Below are positions 10,725-19,359 of a DNA stretch of 64,000 nucleotides, one piece after another. The notes under the pieces are model-generated. The model had not been told where the DNA came from. It made no database searches and saw only the letters and a list, made by a program, of their open reading frames with translations. Both the position numbers and the translations under genes were made by a program. Source of the stretch: an uncultured Gammaproteobacteria bacterium. GTDB lineage: Bacteria; Patescibacteriota; Microgenomatia; Levybacterales; GWA1-39-11. How positions within the stretch are numbered: position 1 is the stretch's first letter; every line of letters starts with the position of its first letter. Location: positions 75,919-139,918 of the forward strand of contig CAZIAP010000003.1 in NCBI GenBank assembly GCA_964537315.1, written 5' to 3'.

Positions 10725-11456
10725 ATGCTTAGTAACACAGAAATTCTAGGAGTAAATATAACTACTTCTTCAAAAGAAGAAGTTTTAGACTATATTATTA
10801 CAGGACTATCTAATAACTCTAAAAAAACTGTAATTGTTACCCCAAACCCTGAGCTTATCATGCTCTCCCAAAAGTCCAGCAAGTATAAAAACATACTAAA
10901 TCAGGCACAAGTTAGCCTCCCGGACGGAACAGGAGTAGTTTTAGCATCTAAGTTGCTTGATAAAGGAATACAAGTTAGGATTACGGGGGTAGATTTCATG
11001 AAAAGTATATGTGAAAATGTTTCAAAAGAGCTTGTAAACATAGGCCTTTTTGGAGCACAGCCAGGAGTAGCAGAGAAGGCAGCTGACTGCTTGCGTAAAA
11101 TGTACCCCGGAATTAAGATAGTTTATGCCTCTGATCTACCACCTTCTTCTCGTAACCACCTTCCTAAAATTCATATTCTATTTGTAGCTTTAGGTTCTCC
11201 AAAACAAGAACAGTGGATAAGTGATCATATTGATGAAATACCCGCTAAAGTAATTATGGGAGTAGGTGGTGCGTTTGACATGATAAGTGGAAAAGTGAGA
11301 AGAGCACCAGGCATTTTTCAAAGACTCGGACTCGAGTGGCTATGGAGACTAGTGATTCAACCATGGCGTCTGAAGAGACAGTTAAGATTATTAGGGTTTG
11401 TTTGGCTGGTTTGCAAAGAAAAATTTAGTCGGAGCAATCCTACAGGTATAAAATAA
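10725..11456 (+). CDS. WecB/TagA/CpsF glycosyltransferase
   Basis: TPNPE, PDGTG, LGSPKQE, GVGGAFD, GLEWLWRL. Confidence 0.92.
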   Translation: MLSNTEILGVNITTSSKEEVLDYIITGLSNNSKKTVIVTPNPELIMLSQKSSKYKNILNQAQVSLPDGTGVVLASKLLDKGIQVRITGVDFMKSICENVSKELVNIGLFGAQPGVAEKAADCLRKMYPGIKIVYASDLPPSSRNHLPKIHILFVALGSPKQEQWISDHIDEIPAKVIMGVGGAFDMISGKVRRAPGIFQRLGLEWLWRLVIQPWRLKRQLRLLGFVWLVCKEKFSRSNPTGIK

Positions 11457-11617
11457 TAATTTTTCTCACTACAGTATTTCAGTTCATCTCTACGTACTTT
11501 CTATACTAGATATTACAATTAATCTTAATTAAATTGTTTTCTTACAAACTAGTGCTTGACAAGTATAGATGGACTTTGCTACGCTGGTATATAGTTAAGT
11601 CATACTTAATATCCTTT

Positions 11618-11830
11618 ATGTCTAATCAAAAAGTATCAATTGAAGACTTACCCGATCTTCTCACAGTTAGAGAAGTAGCTGACCTTCTCCGGGTTTCTCC
11701 TCTGACGATAAAGCGATGGGGCAAAAGAGGAAAACTTCCAGCTATTCGTATTAACTCTCGCGGTGATCGTCGATATAAAAAAGAAGCAGTTCTTTACCTC
11801 CTAGGTATCCAGCAGAAAAGCGATATCTAA
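11618..11830 (+). CDS. Excisionase-family (HTH_17/MerR-like) DNA-binding protein
   Basis: LLTVREVADLLRVSPLTIKRW...RGDRRY; upstream TTGACA. Confidence 0.85.
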   Translation: MSNQKVSIEDLPDLLTVREVADLLRVSPLTIKRWGKRGKLPAIRINSRGDRRYKKEAVLYLLGIQQKSDI

Positions 11831-11946
11831 AATTTCTGATTTCTCGTTAAAGTGTATTAATTTTGTCAGGATATTGACAAGCTATATCTTAATTTACATA
11901 TTAAACTTCTTGATTAGGTATTGTTTTATAAGAAGGGAGTAGCGCG

Positions 11947-12267
11947 GTGACGTGCGCTTTCATATCTCAAACGAGGAAAGAGGAGTTAAACCAGCTCCAA
12001 CTTTTTTTTGAGATCGACCCTGATCGAGAGTTTGCAACCTATGAAGTCGGATGTGTCACCATGTCGTGGTATCGATTTAGGACTGCCTATTTTATCAAGC
12101 TTAAAATAGAGCTAGGAGAAAAAACAGAGCACGAACTGGTTAATCCGTTATTATTGCGTCTTGTGAGGTATGATCCATACAGTGAGTTAGATGCAGTAGT
12201 TCCTGAAAGCGGAGCAATTTGCTTTGTAGCTGACTCACCTGGGCAGTATGGGTTTCGACTTCTTTAA
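11947..12267 (+). CDS. Orphan hypothetical protein
   Basis: GTG start after AGAAGGGAG; TTGACA at 11874; terminator downstream. Confidence 0.6.
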   Translation: MTCAFISQTRKEELNQLQLFFEIDPDREFATYEVGCVTMSWYRFRTAYFIKLKIELGEKTEHELVNPLLLRLVRYDPYSELDAVVPESGAICFVADSPGQYGFRLL

Positions 12268-12276
12268 GAACAATTA

Positions 12277-12306
12277 TTCCCCTGCCAATAAAGGCAGGGG
12301 ATTTTT
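12277..12306 (+). terminator. Intrinsic terminator
   Basis: CCCCTGCC-aataaa-GGCAGGGG followed by a T tract. Confidence 0.85.
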
Positions 12307-12386
12307 CTATCAAGATTTGACTTAATTAATAATACTAATGTGCCTATAAGTAATAGTATGATTGGGTAAAAATAAACCCATAGCAA

Positions 12387-12415
12387 TTGAGATATACGAT
12401 CAAATTTGCTATAAT
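12387..12415 (+). promoter_or_regulatory. Sigma70 promoter with extended -10
   Basis: TTGAGA-17 nt-TATAAT with TG extension. Confidence 0.7.
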
Positions 12416-12510
12416 CCCAAGCATATCTATAATGCTAGCGTGCTTTTATTTTGAGCATGGTTGAGCGTTTAGGTACTTTAAAAAGCGGTAGCTCTGGGAA
12501 GGAGCAGTCG

Positions 12511-12954
12511 ATGCAGATCTTGGAATCACCCAAACCCGACACACTGCTTGCGTGGTTAATTCCCATTAGTATCGGATTAACAATGGTCGTACTGGCATTC
12601 ATTTTTGAATACCTGACTCCTCGATTGATTCCGGCATTAGCTAGTGCGAGGAAGGGAAAGACTGTGCTTGCTTTTTCAACCAGTCACGCCAATGGAGGAT
12701 CAGCTATTGAGACTCTTGCTTATGATCTGGTCAAGCGTCTTGTAAACCGTTATCCTCAGGATATTGTGAAAGTTCCGATAGGAGATGTTCTTACTCAGGG
12801 AGAATTGGGATTAATCTGTTCGAACAGGTTAGGTTTTGCGAGGGCAGTAGATCGGTATGCTTATGAAGTAGGCCGAAAAGCCTACTTTGAGGAAACTGGT
12901 TTAGGAACGACAGAGTCTATATATTGGATAAGGCTTGGTCTACCACTAGACTAA
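12511..12954 (+). CDS. Orphan membrane-anchored protein
   Basis: ATG after GAAGGAG; one N-terminal TM helix. Confidence 0.7.
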   Translation: MQILESPKPDTLLAWLIPISIGLTMVVLAFIFEYLTPRLIPALASARKGKTVLAFSTSHANGGSAIETLAYDLVKRLVNRYPQDIVKVPIGDVLTQGELGLICSNRLGFARAVDRYAYEVGRKAYFEETGLGTTESIYWIRLGLPLD

Positions 12955-12966
12955 CCGCATATTTCA

Positions 12967-13000
12967 TTTCCCGGTTGTCCAAAATGGAGAGCCGGGAAAA
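12967..13000 (+). terminator. Terminator-like hairpin
   Basis: TTTCCCGGTT...AGCCGGGAAA inverted repeat. Confidence 0.6.
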
Positions 13001-13238
13001 TATCTCATAACATCCATTATTCTTTTTTTAGTTATCTATACTTCAATCCAGCTAACAAAAATATAAGTCGCATTTTCTTCCAAAATCTCATAATCAATTT
13101 ATAAGATATGAGTTACCTTTTATTAATTAAGTAAACTTGAGTGGCAAATACTGCACAAGTCACGCACAGGTAGCAAATTAAAAAGTCAAAATTCAGAAGT
13201 CAAAACTACAAGTCAGAGATCAAAAATGAAATTACAAT

Positions 13239-14012
13239 TTATAGAAGGATGAAGAGAAAAAAGAGAATAGAAAGAACAATCCTATAGATACCGAATGGAA
13301 TAAATGTATTCGTCTGAATAAATTTAAGTAGCCATCGCATTGTCACTAATGCAACACCAAATGAGAGGACTACGCCTAGTCCTAAATGCATCAAATTTTG
13401 CTGTGTCAGTACGTGCGTTGATTGGAGCATGTCGTAACCGCTAGCTGCAATCATTGTAGGTATGGCAAGCATAAAAGAGAATTCTACTGCTGAGCGACGA
13501 TTTAGTCCAAGCAAAAGTCCTCCCATGATGGTAGCCGCAGCTCGTGATACTCCGGGGATAACTGATATGGACTGGAAGAGTCCTATGAAAAATGCTTCAC
13601 GTACAGTTATTGTTTTGAGTGTTAGCTTGGTGCCTTTTTCCTCACCGATCTTTTTTTCAAGTAGAATCAGAGCGATACCTCCGATAAATAACGCTGCCAC
13701 CGTTATATACTCATTACCTATTAGTATATTTTTTATGATGCTGTATCCGGCAAACCCCACAATTGCAGCAGGAACAAAAGCTACCACTAACTTATTCAGT
13801 AGGCCTCGATTTTGAATAATCATTTTACCGTACAAAAATACGGCAGCAAGTATGGCTCCAAGCTGTATTACTACTACAAATGTTTTTACGAAATCAGTTT
13901 GTTCAACGCCTAGAAGTTTAGTAGTTAATACTAAGTGTCCTGTAGACGAGATAGGCAAGAACTCGGTGACTCCTTCAACGATTGAAAGAATTATAACGTC
14001 TAATAAGTCCAT
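13239..14012 (-). CDS. uppP: Undecaprenyl-diphosphate phosphatase
   Basis: EGVTEFLPISSTGH, IQLGAIL, PGVSR, EFSF. Confidence 0.96.
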   Translation of the reverse strand: MDLLDVIILSIVEGVTEFLPISSTGHLVLTTKLLGVEQTDFVKTFVVVIQLGAILAAVFLYGKMIIQNRGLLNKLVVAFVPAAIVGFAGYSIIKNILIGNEYITVAALFIGGIALILLEKKIGEEKGTKLTLKTITVREAFFIGLFQSISVIPGVSRAAATIMGGLLLGLNRRSAVEFSFMLAIPTMIAASGYDMLQSTHVLTQQNLMHLGLGVVLSFGVALVTMRWLLKFIQTNTFIPFGIYRIVLSILFFLFILL

Positions 14013-14132
14013 GAGATTATTGTAGCAGAAAGCGTTAAATTGACCTAATTAACCTAAGTACTCTAATTGACCTAAATAAGCACAAATACGTAAATTTTGT
14101 TATTAGATAATTGGGATTTGTTTAGAAATTAG

Positions 14133-14148
14133 TCCGCCAGCTGGCGGA
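14133..14148. repeat. 16-bp palindrome TCCGCCAGCTGGCGGA, copy 1
   Basis: Perfect palindrome; further copies at 28973 and 37916. Confidence 0.85.
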
Positions 14149-14244
14149 TTAGGAATTAGAAATTTATAATGTAATAGCTCGGTAAGACCAACTAAATGAT
14201 TCATTAATTAACGTTGATACATATTTTGATATGGATGATGATTC

Positions 14245-14273
14245 TTGACAGAAATGACCTACAAGCCTATACT
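14245..14273 (+). promoter_or_regulatory. Near-consensus sigma70 promoter
   Basis: TTGACA-17 nt-TATACT. Confidence 0.8.
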
Positions 14274-14279
14274 GGAGAC

Positions 14280-14590
14280 GCTCTTAAGTGGTGTGAGGAG
14301 ACATGGTATGTTTTCCTCTACATATTTCTCTGAGCTTGGGGTATTTCTCGGTTTTTTCGGGAGAGACGAGATGATTTGTGTATCACCCCGTGGGGTAATG
14401 CCAGCATCTTCCCGATTAAAGTACAGGGGAATCTCCATGAATCTGACCCTCTTAGGAGCGGGATTTATTCATTACGTAAGCTGCCTTAACTAATATTAAA
14501 CCGCAAAAGCCGCAAGCTTCTCTCTTTTTATTGATTTTTGATACAATACAGTAATTCGCCGACCTTGCTCATTTATAAGCTAGGTAAGCG
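14280..14590 (+). ncRNA. Candidate structured ncRNA
   Basis: Follows a strong promoter, no credible ORF or SD, several G-U-containing hairpins. Confidence 0.45.
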
Positions 14591-14608
14591 TGTAAATTAA
14601 AATTATGC

Positions 14609-14683
14609 GCCGATGTAACTCAGGGGTAGAGTAGCTCTTTCGTAAAGAGCAAGTCGTGGGTTCGAATCCCACCATCGGCTCCA
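14609..14683 (+). tRNA. tRNA-Thr(CGT)
   Basis: Cloverleaf, anticodon loop TTCGTAA, GGTTCGAATCC, encoded CCA. Confidence 0.96.
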
Positions 14684-14872
14684 CTCGTAATAGTCCTATA
14701 ATATAGATATTTTGCCTACTTTATGCTATAATTTATCCTATGTTTGAGCTGTAGTGAGCATTCAGATGCTTAAACCAGCTGAACACCGTTCATTGACTTA
14801 AAGCTAAGGAAGGAGTTACTGACTGTATCTGTGGTCTAGATCGTCCCTTGAAGTTCAGACTAGGAGAATTAC

Positions 14873-15052
14873 ATGTTGAAAAACTTCATTAGAGTGTTGG
14901 GAAACGTACTGGAAGTAGTTTTTTCCATTCTTTTCTTTATCATTGCGGTTATCGTGGGACTATTTATTTTCGTGATTGTTGATCCTCTCAAAGGTGGGAA
15001 GATCAGCTTTTGGTACGAGGAGAAAATATTCTACGGCAGCTCAGGTTATTAA
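14873..15052 (+). CDS. Small orphan membrane protein (59 aa, below ORF-track cutoff)
   Basis: TAGGAG SD; MLKNFIRVLGNVLEVVFSILFFIIAVIVGLFIFVIVDPLKGG...; TGCTATAAT at 14724. Confidence 0.65.
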   Translation: MLKNFIRVLGNVLEVVFSILFFIIAVIVGLFIFVIVDPLKGGKISFWYEEKIFYGSSGY

Positions 15053-15057
15053 TATAC

Positions 15058-15104
15058 ACCCCGTCTTCAGTGGAAACCCCACTGGAGGCGGGGTTTTCTT
15101 TTTT
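15058..15104 (+). terminator. Intrinsic terminator
   Basis: ACCCCGTCTTCAGTGG...CCACTGGAGGCGGGGT followed by a T tract. Confidence 0.88.
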
Positions 15105-15369
15105 ACTCATCTAATACTATAACAATATCGCTTTCCACGACGGTGTTAGCGCTTCATTCATTTCACAAACTTAAACTATTGTCATTTTCACACCTGTTCT
15201 ACTTTTTTTCGTAATTTGGTAAGGATTTTGATTGATTTGCAGAAACTCTTACATTTAGCATGATCAAGCTTAAATTAGCCTCAAAAATCGTCAAAATATA
15301 TGTATACAAAAATAGTACAAAATGGCATTTGACCCCTTGACAAGCCTAGTGGCATATGGTTAATTATCT

Positions 15370-15820
15370 ATACGAGGCTAACTTTTCACAAAGTCCTCTA
15401 AAAGTACTTAACTAGAAATATGAAAAAACTAAACGTACTGTTCACAAATTTTCTAAAACGGCGTGTCGCAGACGTTTCAGGCTTTTTCCAGTTGTGGATC
15501 ATTGTTCCATAATTGATAAGAGCGGGAAATGTCAGGTTAGTATATCGCGTGGCAGGAATTACGATATACAAATTAATAACAAAACGCTTTTGAAATAGGA
15601 TATGGCTGTTTGGGGAGAAGTTCGGGCTCCCCAAGCGGCAATTTTCTCGCCAAGGTGAGAATATCCGGTGATAAATAATACCCGTTGCACCTTGTACCTA
15701 CCGCCGTGTAGGGGCCCTGCAGAGCAGGGCATGTAAAATAATCCTCCTCTGGAGGACTTCGCTTATCTAAAAACAAGATAAGCTTCTTCAGATATGTCCT
15801 GATTTTTTTCAGGATCCGCT
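15370..15820 (+). ncRNA. Candidate large multi-hairpin ncRNA
   Basis: TTGACA at 15337; about 10 consecutive hairpins; G-U pairs favour the + strand; boundaries approximate. Confidence 0.5.
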
Positions 15821-15913
15821 AAATAATATAAAAAATGACGCATGGAATTTGCGGAGGTTTTTTGCTACAATCATGCAGCATAACCCTTCGCGTATTTGTG
15901 TTGCTGAAATCAA

Positions 15914-15985
15914 GCCGAGATAGCTCAGCGGTAGAGCAGCTGTTTTGTAAACAGCAGGCCCGGGGTTCGATACCCCGTCTCGGCT
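15914..15985 (+). tRNA. tRNA-Thr(TGT)
   Basis: Cloverleaf; GCTGT-TTTGTAA-ACAGC. Confidence 0.95.
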
Positions 15986-16045
15986 CCCAAAAAAACATAT
16001 TATTCCATTGAATAGACTTTTAATGTGTGATAGTATGACAGTGGA

Positions 16046-17095
16046 ATGGAAATTAGGACGGGAATAACATTTGATGATGTCCTGCTTGTTCCTCAAGAAA
16101 CCTCTCTTCGCTCAAGAAGCGAAGTAGACTTATCCACTCAACTCACCAAAAAAATAACACTCAAAACACCAATCATATCCGCGAATATGGATACGGTTAC
16201 CGAAAGCAGAATGGCTATTGCTATGGCTCAGTTAGGAGGTATAGGGTTTATTCATCGTTTTATGACTGTCACGAGTCAGGTAAAAGAGGTCATGAAAGTA
16301 AAAAAAGAAAATCTTCCTGTAGGAGCTGCTATCGGGGTTAAGGGAGATTACGTTGAACGCGCAGATGCGCTTCTTAATGCAGGCTGCGATGTTTTGGTAA
16401 TAGATATAGCGCATGGTCACAGCATTCAGTTAATAGAGGCATTATCGTTGCTTAAATCAAAGTTTAAGGACTCCCAGATTGTGGCAGGAAATATTGCGAC
16501 CGGAAAAGCTGCTGAAGACTTAATCTCTGCAGGAGCTGATTGTTTAAAGGTTGGTATCGGTCCGGGCGCTTTTTGTACTACACGAATAGTAACTGGCGCA
16601 GGTATGCCTCAGTTGACGGCAATCATGGATATTGCTGAAGTTTCGCGTAAACATAATATTCCAATTATTGCTGATGGTGGTATCAGATACAGTGGAGATA
16701 TTGTTAAAGCGTTGGCTGCGGGAGCTTCGACGGTAATGATGGGAAGCAGACTTGTAGGGTGCGAAGAGAGCCCGGCTCCTTTAATTGAAATAGAGGGAGT
16801 AATATATAAACACGGAAGAGGTATGGCTTCTACTGCTGCAAATCAAGCAAGGTCTGAAAAAGACGAGTCTATCTCTATCGATATTGAGAGCTACACTCCT
16901 GAGGGAGTAGAAGGTAGCGTTGCTTACATCGGTCCTGTCAAGCAGTTACTTGAAAAGTATCTAGGAGGAATAAAATCGGGGTTTTCTTATTGTGGTGCAA
17001 GAAACTTTGACGAGCTATGGAGTAGAGCCGAGTTTGTGCAGATTACCGCGAACGCTCTTGTGGAATCTCACCCTCATGATGTGCTCGTAAAATAA
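16046..17095 (+). CDS. guaB: IMP dehydrogenase/GMP reductase family, lacking CBS domains
   Basis: [41 protein letters not shown]; IMPDH versus GMPR not resolved. Confidence 0.85.
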   Translation: MEIRTGITFDDVLLVPQETSLRSRSEVDLSTQLTKKITLKTPIISANMDTVTESRMAIAMAQLGGIGFIHRFMTVTSQVKEVMKVKKENLPVGAAIGVKGDYVERADALLNAGCDVLVIDIAHGHSIQLIEALSLLKSKFKDSQIVAGNIATGKAAEDLISAGADCLKVGIGPGAFCTTRIVTGAGMPQLTAIMDIAEVSRKHNIPIIADGGIRYSGDIVKALAAGASTVMMGSRLVGCEESPAPLIEIEGVIYKHGRGMASTAANQARSEKDESISIDIESYTPEGVEGSVAYIGPVKQLLEKYLGGIKSGFSYCGARNFDELWSRAEFVQITANALVESHPHDVLVK

Positions 17096-17099
17096 TAAA

Positions 17100-17122
17100 G
17101 CGCCGCAGGTATACTACGGCGC
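17100..17122. terminator. Terminator hairpin between convergent genes
   Basis: GCGCCGCAG...CTACGGCGC. Confidence 0.6.
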
Positions 17123-17131
17123 GGTGTTGCA

Positions 17132-17302
17132 CTATTTTTTATCTGTGGCTTCTGATTCCTCAGCAATTTTTTCTGTCTCAGCTAGTAACTGATCCTGACT
17201 TTTTTCGTACTCTGGCATCTGCCAGTCCTTCTCGTTGAAAGGATCCTTCGGCTCGTGGTTTTTGAATGCCTCATCAAAAATTTCATTGAGCCTATTTGGC
17301 AT
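17132..17302 (-). CDS. Small acidic orphan protein (56 aa, below ORF-track cutoff)
   Basis: SD AGAAAGGA; MPNRLNEIFDEAFKNHEPKDPFNEKDWQMPEYEK... Confidence 0.6.
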   Translation of the reverse strand: MPNRLNEIFDEAFKNHEPKDPFNEKDWQMPEYEKSQDQLLAETEKIAEESEATDKK

Positions 17303-17322
17303 TTCTTTGTCCTTTCTGTAAT

Positions 17323-17703
17323 CTAATCACAATATAGATCACGCAATACATCTTTAGCTGCTACATAGCAACTAGACGAGACCAGGAGACGGTAGAAGTC
17401 CCATGTTTGGCGCAAAATTCTTTCACTTTCCTCTGATTCCTCAGCGATAACCTTAATCGTTTGCTTAATAATAGACTCACTTTCATTCAGGTTGTTGCGC
17501 GTTTTAGCGCTTATCCCTTTGAAGTCCTTAGAATAAAGTAGCAAAATGGCAGCCAATTCAAGTGTGGATATTGAACCTCCTACTTTTCTATATAGATAGT
17601 TACGAAAGTCTAGAGACATTCCCATTATGTTTGTTAGTTTTTTAGGAGTCTCATCTGTAATCACAACTTCTTCAAGATTAGTGATCATAGTTAGAAGATG
17701 CAT
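17323..17703 (-). CDS. Orphan hypothetical protein
   Basis: SD AGGAAGGA; TGCTATAATTCAC promoter just upstream (about 17738-17750). Confidence 0.65.
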   Translation of the reverse strand: MHLLTMITNLEEVVITDETPKKLTNIMGMSLDFRNYLYRKVGGSISTLELAAILLLYSKDFKGISAKTRNNLNESESIIKQTIKVIAEESEESERILRQTWDFYRLLVSSSCYVAAKDVLRDLYCD

Positions 17704-18056
17704 TTGGTTTCCTTCCTACTAAGTCAAAGTGCAATGGGTGAATTATAGCAGATAAGTAAAATTTGTGGTTAATATACACAACTAAGCCTAGAGCAAATTA
17801 TAAAATCCTATAATAAAAACTTGTCCACATGCAATTCACAGTCCTGGAGTAAATACGTGAATTGAGGCTAAAATAGTACTATGAGATTTATTAAAGTGGG
17901 TTTCGTTGTAAAAAACATACATTTACTTCACTTTGAAGGCTAAATTTAGTAGAATACATAATTAGTATTTTTATCTAGTATTAATTGTCATGACAAAATT
18001 AATAGAAGATTTTCCTCTATTTACCCAATAACATATACTAGTAGGTACTGATCTTT

Positions 18057-18141
18057 GCCTGGATGGCGGAGTAGTCAATCGCACCAGACTGTAAATCTGG
18101 CACCCGTTTGGGTTACCTAGGTGCAAATCCTAGTCCAGGCA
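18057..18141 (+). tRNA. tRNA-Tyr(GTA)
   Basis: CCAGA-CTGTAAA-TCTGG, long variable arm. Confidence 0.93.
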
Positions 18142-18158
18142 CATTATTATGTTGTACT

Positions 18159-18230
18159 GCCCTGATGGCTCAGTGGTAGAGCGCGTTCTTGGTAAGAACG
18201 AGGTCGCGGGTCCGATTCCCGCTCGGGGCT
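18159..18230 (+). tRNA. tRNA-Thr(GGT)
   Basis: CGTTC-TTGGTAA-GAACG. Confidence 0.93.
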
Positions 18231-18369
18231 CATATATAACAAACAGCCATTAATGTTTGAATTCTGAAGCTGATTCAGATATAATACTGAAAGTGATTTT
18301 TCATTTTCAATATTCGATTATTCAAATAGAAAATTGTAAAAAAGAATATTCATTCGAAGAAAGGAAATT

Positions 18370-18546
18370 ATGGCAAAAAAAGGTGGAGCACGCATTACAG
18401 TAGGATTAGATTGCAGAGTTTGTAAACGACGCAACTATGTTACTACGCGAAATAAACTAAATACGAATGAAAAACTTGCTTTGTCCAAGTTCTGCAACCA
18501 GTGCAGAAAAATTACAGAACACAAGGAAGTAGAGAAGCTAAAGTAG
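18370..18546 (+). CDS. rpmG: 50S ribosomal protein L33 (Zn-ribbon type)
   Basis: MAKKGGARITVGLDCRVCKRRNYVTTRN...KFCNQCRKITEHKE (58 aa, not in ORF track). Confidence 0.95.
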   Translation: MAKKGGARITVGLDCRVCKRRNYVTTRNKLNTNEKLALSKFCNQCRKITEHKEVEKLK

Positions 18547-18552
18547 TTTCTA

Positions 18553-19275
18553 CTATGAGGAGTGTTCTAAGTTAACTGCATCAAAGTACGTTTTATAAAA
18601 TTCATAAGTATCTACAAGACCGTAATTAAACGACCCGCTTATAATCTCGTCCCTTCCTTCACTTATCTCTTTTGCTGTTACATATGCTAGACCAGGTTCA
18701 TTGATACATAAATTGTTTAACCTTCGGGAAGTTTCATCTTTAAATGCAAAGTTAAAAAATTTCGCAAGCAGGCGTGGATCAGATTTAAGGTTAGTGGTGT
18801 TTTCTAATCCAGTATAAACTTCTCCTTCTCGCATTTTTGTAACAAATTCTGGCATGACTTCATCATTTGAAGTAGCTACAGACAAGCTATCTTTCCATCC
18901 TTGCATAAACTGTGATTTGGTAAATCTCATTTGCTCAGGTGTTATTTCAGGTATATTATTTGATCCCATCTGTCCCATGATTATTCCTCTACCGAATACT
19001 GCACCTAATATATATCCACCTTTATCTAAATTTCCATACACGTTCTCTCTAATATTACTGAGTTCCTGGAGACTTTCCATTAGAGGAAACTCGAAATCAC
19101 TATAATAACGAAATTCGCTCCAGGGAGCATTTCTTGCAGGATTATCTAGTTCACGTTTAATAAATGGAATAATGTCATAATTATCACGCTTAATGGGAAA
19201 AGGAGAAAGAGTTTGTCTTTTTTCCTGAATAATATCTTGTTCAGATGGGGAGTATAGTTTTATTTCTGCACTCAT
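18553..19275 (-). CDS. Hypothetical protein
   Basis: 240-aa ORF; no family recognised. Confidence 0.7.
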   Translation of the reverse strand: MSAEIKLYSPSEQDIIQEKRQTLSPFPIKRDNYDIIPFIKRELDNPARNAPWSEFRYYSDFEFPLMESLQELSNIRENVYGNLDKGGYILGAVFGRGIIMGQMGSNNIPEITPEQMRFTKSQFMQGWKDSLSVATSNDEVMPEFVTKMREGEVYTGLENTTNLKSDPRLLAKFFNFAFKDETSRRLNNLCINEPGLAYVTAKEISEGRDEIISGSFNYGLVDTYEFYKTYFDAVNLEHSS

Positions 19276-19359
19276 AATTAATTATATATCAACTAGCTTG
19301 TTTTACAATAGGCATAAGTTTTATCATTTACTCAATCCGTGATATTATGGTAGGTGCGC

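Noticed and set aside
11618-11830. Excisionase-like gene as a prophage or ICE marker
   Set aside because: No integrase, att repeats or phage genes; more likely a stand-alone regulator.
14245-14493. 82-aa ORF in the ORF track
   Set aside because: Its TTG start is the -35 box; there is no SD and no protein-like features.
14495-14545. Minus-strand peptide ending KREKLAAFAV*, like a tmRNA tag
   Set aside because: No tRNA-like 5' or 3' tmRNA ends nearby, and the promoter and G-U pairs favour the + strand.
17760-18050. DnaA-box-like 9-mers (TGTGGTTAA, ATATACACA, TTGTCCACA) in AT-rich DNA as oriC
   Set aside because: All are mismatched, few in number, and there is no dnaA/dnaN; cannot be supported without GC-skew analysis.
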